From positions 9,382 through 73,381 of the forward strand of contig JAVJWO010000049.1 in NCBI GenBank assembly GCA_040222015.1: DNA of 64,000 nt, given 5' to 3'. The position numbers and the translations under genes are program-made. Below the pieces are notes generated by a model. That model was not told where the DNA came from and did not search any database. It saw only the letters and a list, made by a program, of their open reading frames with translations. Shown here piece by piece: positions 55,745-64,000 of this stretch (the first letter of the stretch is position 1; every line of letters begins with the position of its first letter). The DNA comes from Coleofasciculus chthonoplastes F2-STO-03. Its GTDB lineage: Bacteria; Cyanobacteriota; Cyanobacteriia; Cyanobacteriales; Coleofasciculaceae.

Positions 55745-58700
55745 ATGCACCAAGAAAAAGACTTTGAAACTATCATCGAACAAGAACTCCTCAACCACTA
55801 CGGCTATTACCGAGGAAACCCAAAAAACTACGACCCAGACACCGCCCTTTTCCACAGTGAGATTATCAACTTTATCCAAACCACCCAACCGAAACAATGG
55901 GATAAATTTAGTCGCACCAGCCCCGGAGAAGCCCAAAAAACCCTGATCGCCAGCCTCACCAAAGAACTGAAAAGTCGGGGAATGCTGGATGTCCTCCGCA
56001 ACGGCTTCAAATGCTACGGTAAAACCTTCAAAGTTGCCTCCTTCCAACCCAATACCGGGATGAACCCCGATACTATCGAACTCTACAATAAAAATCGCCT
56101 CACCCTCACCCGCCAAGTCAAAATCAAAACCAACAGAATTCCCGATATTATCCTCAGTCTCAACGGCTTACCCATCGCCACCCTGGAACTGAAAAACCAA
56201 CTCACCGGACAAACCTACCGCAACGCCATTCACCAATACCAAACCGACAGAGACCCCAAAGACCCCCTATTTCGCTTCAAAGAACGTTGCTTAGTTCACT
56301 TCGCCGTCGATACCGATGAAGTCTGGATGACCACCAAACTCGCTGGTACAAAAACCACCTTTCTCCCCTTCAACAAAGGCAATAACCACGCCGCCGGAAA
56401 TCCCCATGTTCCAGGAGAATACCGCACCAGTTACCTTTGGCAAGAAGTCCTCCAACGCGATAGTATTTTAGACATTCTCGCCCGTTTCCTCCACCTAGAA
56501 ACCAAAGAAATCCAAATTCCCACCGCCACCGGAATCAACTACCAAACCAAAGAAACCCTAATTTTCCCCCGTTACCATCAACTCGATGTGGTGCGGAAAC
56601 TCATCGCCCACACCAAACAGCATCAGTCAGGACATAACTACCTAATCCAACATTCAGCCGGATCAGGAAAATCCAACTCCATCGCCTGGTTAGCCCATCG
56701 CCTCGCCAATCTCCACGATGACCAAGACGACAAAATCTTTGATACCGTCATCGTGATTACCGATCGCAAACTATTAGACCGCCAACTCCAAGACACCATT
56801 TATCAATTCGACCACAAAACCGGAGTCGTCCACAAAATAGATGAAAACACCCAACAACTCGCCAAAGCCTTGGGTGCAGGAGTCCCCGTCATCATCTCCA
56901 CCATTCAGAAATTCCCCTTCATTTCCCAGGCAATCCAAACCCTAGAGAAAAAAGGCAAAACCGTCACCATCACCACCAAAGACAAACACTTTGCCATTAT
57001 CGTCGATGAGGCACACAGTTCCCAAAGTGGAGAAACCGCCGCCGAACTCCGAGGAATCCTCAACCAAGACGGGATTGAAGCCGCCATCGCCCACCAACTC
57101 CTCGACGATGAACCCGATGATGACCTCAGCGAAGCAGCCCAACAAAAACTATTACGAACCCAACTCACTCGCACCAAACAACCCAACCTCAGTTACTTCG
57201 CCTTTACCGCCACCCCCAAACAACGCACCCTCTTACTCTTCGATGAACCAGGGGAAACCGGACAAGCCCCCTTTCATCTCTACACCATGCGCCAAGCCAT
57301 TGAGGAAGGCTTTATTAAAGACGTACTCGCCAACTACACCTGTTACGCCCGTTATTACCAGTTAGTCCGCCGTTCAGAAACTGACCCCAACCTCCCCCGC
57401 CGTAAAGCAGCCAGGGAAATCGCCCGTTTTGTCGAACTCCACCCCCACAATATCGCCCAGAAAGTCGAAATCATCGTTGAGCATTTCCGCGACCATACCT
57501 GCCATAAAATCGGCGGTCGGGCTAAAGCGATGGTCGTCACCAGATCCCGCGAACAGGCGGTTAAATACAAACTCGCTTTCGACCACTACATCAAAGAAAA
57601 AGGCTACACCGACATTAAATCCCTCGTCGCCTTCTCCGGTTCAGTCCCCCTCCCAGAGTTCCCCAATGAAACCTTCACCGAAGTTAGGATGAATGGCGGT
57701 ATCAAATCCAGTGAAATCCCAGAAAAGTTCGCCAGCAATGACTACCAAGTGCTACTCGTCGCCAACAAATTCCAAACCGGCTTTGACCAACCCTTACTCC
57801 ATACCCTGTTCGTCGATAAACGCCTTGCTGGAGTCCAAGCCGTGCAAACCATCTCCCGCCTCAACCGTACCGCCCCAGGGAAAGAAGACACGTTCGTTCT
57901 AGATTTTGTCAACCCACCCGAAGACATCTACAAAGCCTTTAAACCCTACTACGAACAAACCCCCCTTGGGGAAACCGCTGACCCCCAACAACTGAATGAC
58001 CTCGCTTTTCAACTCTATAACTGGCGACTCTTTAGCGAAGAGGATGTTAACCAATGGTGTGAAATCTGGTTCCGTTCCAAAACCTCCCTCACCGGGGGAG
58101 AACACCAAAAACTCAATACCCTACTCGACCCCATTATTGACCAATACAAAACCCTAGAAGCAGCCGAACGAGACCAATTTAAAAGCCAACTCACCAGCTT
58201 CCGTAACCTCTACCTTTTCCTTGCCCAAATTATCCCCTACCAAGATTCTGACCTAGAAAAACTTTATGCCTATAGTCGCTTTCTGCTGAAGAAACTCCCC
58301 CGCAGCGCCAATGCACCTCAAGTAGACCTATCTGGGGATATCGAGATGAAGTTTTACCGCCTCCAAAAAATCAGTGAAGGCAAAATCAACTTGAACGAAG
58401 GCGAAGCCGACGCCCTCAAAGGAGCAATCGCAGTAGGGACCCGCCAACCGGATAAAGAGGTTCCCCTGTCCCAACTGATTGACTCCCTTAATGAACGCTT
58501 TGGCACCGACTTCACCCCCGCTGACCAACTCTTTTTCGAGCAAATCACCGAAAGCGCGATCGCGAACGACCACCTCAAGCAAGCCGCCCAGGTCAATACC
58601 AAAGAAAACTTCGCCCCCGTCCTCGACCAACAACTCGAAAACCTTTTCATCGAACGCATGGAGGGGAATGAGCAAATCTTTATGGAAGTCATGAACAACC

Positions 58701-58813
58701 AGGAATTCAAACAAGTCGTCTTTGAAAAACTGCTCGAATCAATCTATAAGCAGCTGGCGATTCATCCCACGCTCAATCGAAGATTAGAGGGTGGGGAACC
58801 TATCGCCGGATAA
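55745..58813 (+). CDS. hsdR: Type I R-M restriction subunit
   Basis: PDI..ELK nuclease motif, QHSAGSGKS, DEAHSSQ, FTATPK, TGFDQP and QTISRLNR motifs. Confidence 0.96.
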   Translation: MHQEKDFETIIEQELLNHYGYYRGNPKNYDPDTALFHSEIINFIQTTQPKQWDKFSRTSPGEAQKTLIASLTKELKSRGMLDVLRNGFKCYGKTFKVASFQPNTGMNPDTIELYNKNRLTLTRQVKIKTNRIPDIILSLNGLPIATLELKNQLTGQTYRNAIHQYQTDRDPKDPLFRFKERCLVHFAVDTDEVWMTTKLAGTKTTFLPFNKGNNHAAGNPHVPGEYRTSYLWQEVLQRDSILDILARFLHLETKEIQIPTATGINYQTKETLIFPRYHQLDVVRKLIAHTKQHQSGHNYLIQHSAGSGKSNSIAWLAHRLANLHDDQDDKIFDTVIVITDRKLLDRQLQDTIYQFDHKTGVVHKIDENTQQLAKALGAGVPVIISTIQKFPFISQAIQTLEKKGKTVTITTKDKHFAIIVDEAHSSQSGETAAELRGILNQDGIEAAIAHQLLDDEPDDDLSEAAQQKLLRTQLTRTKQPNLSYFAFTATPKQRTLLLFDEPGETGQAPFHLYTMRQAIEEGFIKDVLANYTCYARYYQLVRRSETDPNLPRRKAAREIARFVELHPHNIAQKVEIIVEHFRDHTCHKIGGRAKAMVVTRSREQAVKYKLAFDHYIKEKGYTDIKSLVAFSGSVPLPEFPNETFTEVRMNGGIKSSEIPEKFASNDYQVLLVANKFQTGFDQPLLHTLFVDKRLAGVQAVQTISRLNRTAPGKEDTFVLDFVNPPEDIYKAFKPYYEQTPLGETADPQQLNDLAFQLYNWRLFSEEDVNQWCEIWFRSKTSLTGGEHQKLNTLLDPIIDQYKTLEAAERDQFKSQLTSFRNLYLFLAQIIPYQDSDLEKLYAYSRFLLKKLPRSANAPQVDLSGDIEMKFYRLQKISEGKINLNEGEADALKGAIAVGTRQPDKEVPLSQLIDSLNERFGTDFTPADQLFFEQITESAIANDHLKQAAQVNTKENFAPVLDQQLENLFIERMEGNEQIFMEVMNNQEFKQVVFEKLLESIYKQLAIHPTLNRRLEGGEPIAG

Positions 58814-58883
58814 GCTAAATTCTAATGCGACACAGAAAGGACATTCCCTTCTCAGACTTGGGAACGAGGCTAACGAGGCTAGG

Positions 58884-59858
58884 CTACGCCCCAAATAAAA
58901 GTAACCAAATCGGTAAGGTAAGCAAAAGTCCTATCGAACCAACCGCCAGTGCTGTCACGGTTAACTCGCGATCAAGTTCATAAACTTCCGCGATGACTAA
59001 AGTGGCAAAGGCTGGTGGCATTGCCATTTGCAGGACGATCGCTAATTGCGGCTTACCAACTATGCCAAACTGTGATAAAGCCATACCTAACACCAAAGGA
59101 ATGAGTAACATTTTAATCCCCAGACCCACCCCAGCTTGTTTAACTTTGCGCCAAGACGCCAACTGACTCAAGCGCATACCAATCAGAACCAGTGAAAGCG
59201 CGATCGCACTCCAGGCAAATTTTTCCATTCCCACCTCCAGCCATCCCGGTAACGGAACCTGACGCAACTCCAATCCGATGCCCATACTCCACAGCGCCGG
59301 ATTAATCACTAGCGATCGCACTAACTGCCCCTGACTCTTGCTACCCCGACCAAAACGGGCTGCCAATACCACGCCTAAACCATACGCCCCCAGTAAAGTT
59401 CCTAGCATGTCATAAAATAGCGCCCAGCCAAAATAGTTTTCTCCCAATAAGGTTAGGTTAATCGGAAACCCCAAATACCCCGTATTCCCCACCATCGACG
59501 CCAGCAAGAAACTGCCTTGAGTCGGTTTATTCCACTCAGATGGAGTGTCATTTGTCAAGCCATGGTTCGCAGCAAACTTACCTCCACCCTTAATCCAAAA
59601 CCAAGCCAAGAGAGCACCCAATAAAATCGCCACCCAAGCCGCGATCGGAGCAATCCAAATCTTTCCCGATAGATCCGCACCCCGCAGAAACGTAATAATA
59701 CTGATAGGAACTCCAATCCAGAACAGAAATTGACCAATAAACGTTGGTATCCACCGGGGCATCAAACGTCCCAACACCCATCCGAGTAGCACACCACCCC
59801 CTAGCTGGAGGTAAAGTTGGAACAAGGGTCGTAAACGCTCTGGATCTAGGCTGGGCAT
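58884..59858 (-). CDS. AEC (auxin efflux carrier/malate permease) family transporter
   Basis: GNTGYLGFP and QMAMPPAF motifs; about 10 TM segments. Confidence 0.9.
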   Translation of the reverse strand: MPSLDPERLRPLFQLYLQLGGGVLLGWVLGRLMPRWIPTFIGQFLFWIGVPISIITFLRGADLSGKIWIAPIAAWVAILLGALLAWFWIKGGGKFAANHGLTNDTPSEWNKPTQGSFLLASMVGNTGYLGFPINLTLLGENYFGWALFYDMLGTLLGAYGLGVVLAARFGRGSKSQGQLVRSLVINPALWSMGIGLELRQVPLPGWLEVGMEKFAWSAIALSLVLIGMRLSQLASWRKVKQAGVGLGIKMLLIPLVLGMALSQFGIVGKPQLAIVLQMAMPPAFATLVIAEVYELDRELTVTALAVGSIGLLLTLPIWLLLFGA

Positions 59859-59976
59859 TAGATAATGATCAAACAGACAACGGTTTTGATGATAAGTCAG
59901 TCTCCAAGAAAAGAAATTGGCACAGACTACATAAGTGAAGTTGCCAACCTTTAGCCGAATGACACTAAATTAAGGC

Positions 59977-59998
59977 GGGTGGGCAATGCCCACCCTAC
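59977..59998. repeat. REP (GGGTGGGCAATGCCCACCCTAC)
   Basis: Same family as 46209-46229. Confidence 0.8.
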
Positions 59999-60088
59999 GG
60001 GATATCAAAGGTTTTGGCGATTCCAAAATGCTTATTTAGTGCCATTAAGCCAAATAAAAGTATCAGTAGTACGCTCAGGAGTGGAGTT

Positions 60089-60970
60089 TTGAATACCCCC
60101 GATTTTCCCGGAGAACCCGTCAACCTATCCGAAGCAACAGCGGAGGATATTCCTGTAGCTGTCAGGGATACACCCGACACCCGACGGCGATCGCGGTGGC
60201 AGCCGTTTCTCATTATCATGGCAGTTGTAGGATGTGGCGCGATCGTTTTTGGGCTAATCCTATCCTCGTCCACCTCCCAATCTCCCCAAACGATTACCGC
60301 TTCCCCCCAACCCACCACAACGGATACCTCTACCCCAGCTAATCCAGAGGAGAGTGAGAGTGAGAACGACGTTGATAATCTTCTGGGACACCTTCCCTAT
60401 GAAGAAGCCCCCCTATCTGAACTCGAACCGATTACCTCAGATGGTCGGATTCAACTCCGGGAAGCGGCAGCGAAGAAATTTAAAGCGATGAGGGCAGCCG
60501 CTCAAGCCGATGGCATCGTATTAGTAGCAATATCTGGCTATCGTACTCAGCAACAACAGCAGCATCTCTTTTTTGACATCAAAGCACAACGGGGACAAGT
60601 AGCGACACAACGGGCTGAAGTCAGTGCGCCTCCCGGTTACAGCGAACATCATACGGGTTATGCTGTCGATATTGGCGATGGCAGAACACCCGCCACAAAT
60701 CTGAACACCAATTTTGAAAATACGGCGGCGTTTAAGTGGCTGGAAAAGAATGCCGCGTACTATAGCTTTGAGTTATCCTTTCCCAAAGGAAATCCCCAAG
60801 GTGTGAGTTATGAACCATGGCACTGGCGCTTTGTCGGTGATCCAGATAGTTTAGAAACCTTCTACAAAGCCCAAAATTTGGATAGTCCTGATTCCGAACC
60901 GTCTCCTTCTCCCTCAGAACCAGAGGATGACTCTAGTACAAGGGAACAGGGAACAGGCAACAGGGAATAG
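60089..60970 (+). CDS. M15B D-Ala-D-Ala carboxypeptidase (VanY-like); likely TTG start
   Basis: SGYR, SAPPGYSEHHTGYAVD and YEPWHWRFVG motifs; the tail REQGTGNRE is encoded by AGGGAAC heptamers. Confidence 0.92.
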   Translation: MNTPDFPGEPVNLSEATAEDIPVAVRDTPDTRRRSRWQPFLIIMAVVGCGAIVFGLILSSSTSQSPQTITASPQPTTTDTSTPANPEESESENDVDNLLGHLPYEEAPLSELEPITSDGRIQLREAAAKKFKAMRAAAQADGIVLVAISGYRTQQQQQHLFFDIKAQRGQVATQRAEVSAPPGYSEHHTGYAVDIGDGRTPATNLNTNFENTAAFKWLEKNAAYYSFELSFPKGNPQGVSYEPWHWRFVGDPDSLETFYKAQNLDSPDSEPSPSPSEPEDDSSTREQGTGNRE

Positions 60971-61126
60971 AGAACAGGGAAAGGTTGTTGTAGTGCGAGC
61001 GTCTCGCTCGCTATTTTGTATAGGTTTTTATCCCAAAAGGAAACAGGATGGAACGGGGAACAGTAAAGAATGTCCTAACCTGCCAAGGTAGCTGCTATAC
61101 TACCTAAAAGGTTTGTTTAGGGTGCT

Positions 61127-61303
61127 GTGTCGCAAGATTGTGAAGCAAAAATTCGTGAGTTAGAACAGCAGGTTCGTTCCTTGAACCGACTGATTGAAAC
61201 GATTGTCGATCAGGTGGGTCGAGATGCAGAAAGGATCACGGAGCTAGAACAAGAGATTGAAAGACTAAAACGTATAATTTGGGAGTTATCCAGTCATGGC
61301 TGA
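61127..61303 (+). CDS. 58-aa coiled-coil hypothetical protein (below the ORF-track cutoff)
   Basis: GTG start; SQDCEAKIRELEQQVRSLNRLIE..RITELEQEIERLK; overlaps the next ORF. Confidence 0.6.
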   Translation: MSQDCEAKIRELEQQVRSLNRLIETIVDQVGRDAERITELEQEIERLKRIIWELSSHG

Positions 61304-61580
61304 TAATCAGATCACTCAGCAAGATTATACTATTCCTGAAGAGGACTGGCGTGTTGCTCATACTAGGATAGAGGAAAAGCTGCGCCGGAATGCCCAAACT
61401 CAGAAGGGTTGGAAGTTAATGGATTCTGCGACTCTGGTTGACGCGGCAAAATTGTTATGTGAATCCGATGCTCCACCTCCTACTCCTGAAGAGTTACGTT
61501 GGCTTAAGGACAATTTGCTCGAACACCAGCAAACTGTGGAAAAGCTGATCAAATTAATTGAGTCTCTATTAAATCGGTGA
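61296..61580 (+). CDS. Hypothetical protein
   Basis: GGAG RBS; 94-aa ORF coupled to the upstream small ORF. Confidence 0.65.
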   Translation: MADNQITQQDYTIPEEDWRVAHTRIEEKLRRNAQTQKGWKLMDSATLVDAAKLLCESDAPPPTPEELRWLKDNLLEHQQTVEKLIKLIESLLNR

Positions 61581-61758
61581 ATCAAAAGTCTAATATCATA
61601 ACTGTAAAGATTTCCTTTAGCTTGTTACCGATAACCTATTAATTAAATCCGCTCTAATTCAAATGTTAATATTCCAATATCACTAGAAATTTATCTTGTC
61701 AATGTCAAACCGTTAAAAATTCAAAATAAACCCTCAACAAAACGCATTTTTAGATCAA

Positions 61759-62001
61759 ATGATGCAGCAAACCACTCTCAATGTAATTGCCATTGGCATT
61801 TTTGGCATGACCCTTTCTGCCCTACTGACTCCAATTTTTAATATTCCGCCAGCGATTCCCGCCTTGGCAACATTTGGAATTTTAGGATTAGTTACGGTAG
61901 ACAGTCTCAGCTTTCAAGGTAAAGGTACAACGGTACTATTAGATTGGTTAGCCCAGAGGCGCAGTGACTATCGCCTGATTCAAGATCATTGTCGCAATTA
62001 A
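61759..62001 (+). pseudogene. N-terminal fragment of a cyanobacterial membrane Zn protease (M41-like), broken before HExxH
   Basis: QTTLNVIAIGIFGMTLSALL..D..FQGKG..LLDW..DYR, then unrelated sequence and REPs. Confidence 0.65.
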
Positions 62002-62038
62002 ATAGGAAGGTGTAGGGGAAGACAAGGAATGTCGATCT

Positions 62039-62185
62039 GTAGGGGCGGGTTTTACAGATACCATTTTGCAACAAACCGATAACGTAACTAAACCCGCCCT
62101 TCTGGGGAAGCTGCGAGCCGTATTGGGGCGGGTTTAATACCATCTGGGTAAAGTCAAAAACGATAGTAGTGAAACCCGCCCCTAC
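62039..62185. repeat. Two REP doublets (GTAGGGGCGGGTTT..AAACCCGCCCCTAC)
   Basis: Same family as 1773-1836 and 29481-29643. Confidence 0.85.
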
Positions 62186-62196
62186 GAATCAAAACA

Positions 62197-63189
62197 TTAA
62201 TAAAGCGTGTCATCACTGTAAACCACCTGGTTCGTTCCTTTGGCTTTAGCACGCAAAAGATTATGATCCGCCCGTTTGACGAGACTTTCGCCTTTGTGGT
62301 CATCTGAAGCCTTGAGAGAAGCAATGCCGACGCTAATCGTAATCTCGATCGCGATCGTACCATCCACATTAAACGGTTGCTCGTTGATCTGATATCGCAG
62401 GCGTTTGGCGACAATTTTAGCTTCCTCGCCATTGGTTTGATTAAGAACCACTAAAAACTCTTCGCCGCCATACCGAAACAACGTATCCTGTAAGCGCAGA
62501 TTATGCTGGAGTCGGGTTGAGAGCAACTGCAAAACGCGATCGCCAACCTGATGTCCATAAGTATCATTCACGGATTTGAAATGATCCACATCCATCATAA
62601 TCACACTCAGATCCGTGATGTAGGTGCGGGCATTTTGGATTTGCCGGGGTAACTCCCATTCCATTGCCCGACGATTATTAAGTTCGGTTAAGGGATCAGC
62701 CAGAGCCAGGGTAGACAGAACATCATTGGTTTGTAGCAGTTTTTGGTAGAACTGCACACTGCGCCATCCGGCTAGGATATGGGCTTTCAGAAGCCGATAT
62801 TCTGCTAACGTACTTCCTGGATCTCCTGTTGGGCTGCAAGTCAAGGGTAAATAGGCATCTGCACCGCCTTCTAGGGCTTCAGCACAAATAATTTGTTCCC
62901 GACGCGGATCAGGGGCTTTGCCTTCACTCAAGGAATAAGACGGGTCATTAATTAAAATGCAATAGGTCCAGCTTAACTGTAGCTGTTCTTTAACCTGCTT
63001 ACAGAGTTCCAAACTCCCATTTTGGGTTGCCTGCACGATTAAAATTGCGTATTGTTTAGCTTGAACCTTACTCAGAGCCTCCTCCGGATTGGCAGACGCC
63101 TCCACCTTGCCAGACGTGATCGTGCGAATCTGGTCAAGGAACGTCTTAAGGAATTGCGGATTTCCCACGATTAATACAGAAGCGTCCAT
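62197..63189 (-). CDS. Receiver-like plus GGDEF diguanylate cyclase; likely start MDASVL
   Basis: DPLTELNNRR, MDVDHFKSVNDTYGHQVGD and RYGGEEF motifs. Confidence 0.92.
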   Translation of the reverse strand: MDASVLIVGNPQFLKTFLDQIRTITSGKVEASANPEEALSKVQAKQYAILIVQATQNGSLELCKQVKEQLQLSWTYCILINDPSYSLSEGKAPDPRREQIICAEALEGGADAYLPLTCSPTGDPGSTLAEYRLLKAHILAGWRSVQFYQKLLQTNDVLSTLALADPLTELNNRRAMEWELPRQIQNARTYITDLSVIMMDVDHFKSVNDTYGHQVGDRVLQLLSTRLQHNLRLQDTLFRYGGEEFLVVLNQTNGEEAKIVAKRLRYQINEQPFNVDGTIAIEITISVGIASLKASDDHKGESLVKRADHNLLRAKAKGTNQVVYSDDTLY

Positions 63190-63224
63190 TTTGGGATGTA
63201 GCTCGACAAGAGCTGAGACATTGA

Positions 63225-63350
63225 CCGTTACATAAGACCTACTCAAAGCTGATCAACCGTAGTCAAACCTAACTTTGATGCTTACTTCCTGTTTCACTCG
63301 CTTCAGTGACGGCACTTAACCAGTCCACAGGCTATCACCACCTAACTGGC
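63225..63350 (-). ncRNA. Predicted TnpB omegaRNA/right end (IS607-like)
   Basis: The minus strand reads AGCCTGTGGAC..GCCG..GAAACAGGAAGTAAGC..TTTGAGTAGGTCTTATGTAACGG, overlapping the tnpB 3' end. Confidence 0.55.
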
Positions 63351-64000
63351 GGAACCATTCCAAATTAATGGAGGCATTAAAATCTCTGTCGATTTCCAGT
63401 CCACAGTTATCGCACCGGAAAACTCGCTCTGATAAAGGCATCTCCTCTTTGACGATATGGCATCTTGAGCAGGTTTTGGTTGAGGGATACCATCGGTCAA
63501 CCTTAACCAAGGTTGACCCGTACAGCTTACACTTGTACTCTAGCTGGCGTTTAAACTCAAAGAAACCCATATCCTGAATAGCTTTTGCCAGTTTGTGATT
63601 AGCCATCATGCCCGACACATTAAGATTCTCTATTCCAATTCGGCTGTGGTTTTGGGCTAAATAGGAGGTAAGTTTATGTAACGTGTCTTTTCTGATGTTG
63701 GCTATTTTCCGATGCAAACGGGCTATTTTAACTTGGGCTTTTTTCCAGTTAGAGGAACCAATTTGTTTATGACGATTTATCCATTGCAGTCGTGAGAGTT
63801 TTTTCTCGTACTTTCGGTAAGCTTTCGCCCCCTCCACTACAATCCCGGTAGACAACACTGCTAACGCTTTTATGCCCAGATCGACACCCACTACAGGGTG
63901 GGGTTTGGGGCGGTTGACTGGTTCATATTCCAGCTTAAAGCTGATAAACCATCGGTCAGCCGTCCTGGATATGGTCACAGATTTGGGCTGAAAACAAACG
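63316..64000 (-). CDS. tnpB: TnpB RNA-guided endonuclease; 5' end lies outside the window
   Basis: GVDLG, IENLNVSGM, YPSTKTCSRC..CDNCG and DRDFNASINL; all three RuvC acidic residues are present. Confidence 0.92.
   Translation of the reverse strand, partial: VCFQPKSVTISRTADRWFISFKLEYEPVNRPKPHPVVGVDLGIKALAVLSTGIVVEGAKAYRKYEKKLSRLQWINRHKQIGSSNWKKAQVKIARLHRKIANIRKDTLHKLTSYLAQNHSRIGIENLNVSGMMANHKLAKAIQDMGFFEFKRQLEYKCKLYGSTLVKVDRWYPSTKTCSRCHIVKEEMPLSERVFRCDNCGLEIDRDFNASINLEWFRQLGGDSLWTG

Noticed and set aside
55574..58714. Many antisense and alternate-frame ORFs over hsdR (similarly over 37886-40003)
   Set aside because: By-products of strong third-position bias in real genes; no motifs.

Overview
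This is chromosomal DNA from a HIP1 (GCGATCGC)-rich cyanobacterium, probably a salt-tolerant filamentous one (inferred from gghA, hpsE-like and PEP-CTERM genes, RTX adhesins and heptamer repeats). Core genes include glgB, gghA, ictB, chlH, a GH116 hydrolase, a DUF815 ATPase, an AEC transporter, a VanY-type peptidase and a GGDEF regulator. These are interleaved with accessory blocks: a C5-MTase/PD-(D/E)xK type II R-M pair, a ParDE pair, a 2205-aa FG-GAP/RTX adhesin between a RAYT (REP-associated tyrosine transposase) gene and a collapsed RAYT relic, a decayed ATPase+TOPRIM-like pair, a broken glycosyltransferase cluster, two TnpB elements, and a type I R-M operon with about 8 toxin-antitoxin modules or relics between hsdM, hsdS and hsdR. 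The intergenic DNA is dense in GTAG-type REP palindromes, three MITE families (two carry a REP inside) and heptamer arrays. The most striking unexplained pattern occurs three times (chlH, GH116, vapC): the 3' end of an anchor gene reappears downstream as a collapsed relic, accessory cargo lies between the copies, and a REP or REP half sits at a junction. This suggests REP/RAYT-associated stacking of cassettes behind conserved genes. No rRNA, tRNA or CRISPR array was recognised. All family calls come from motif recognition, not database searches.
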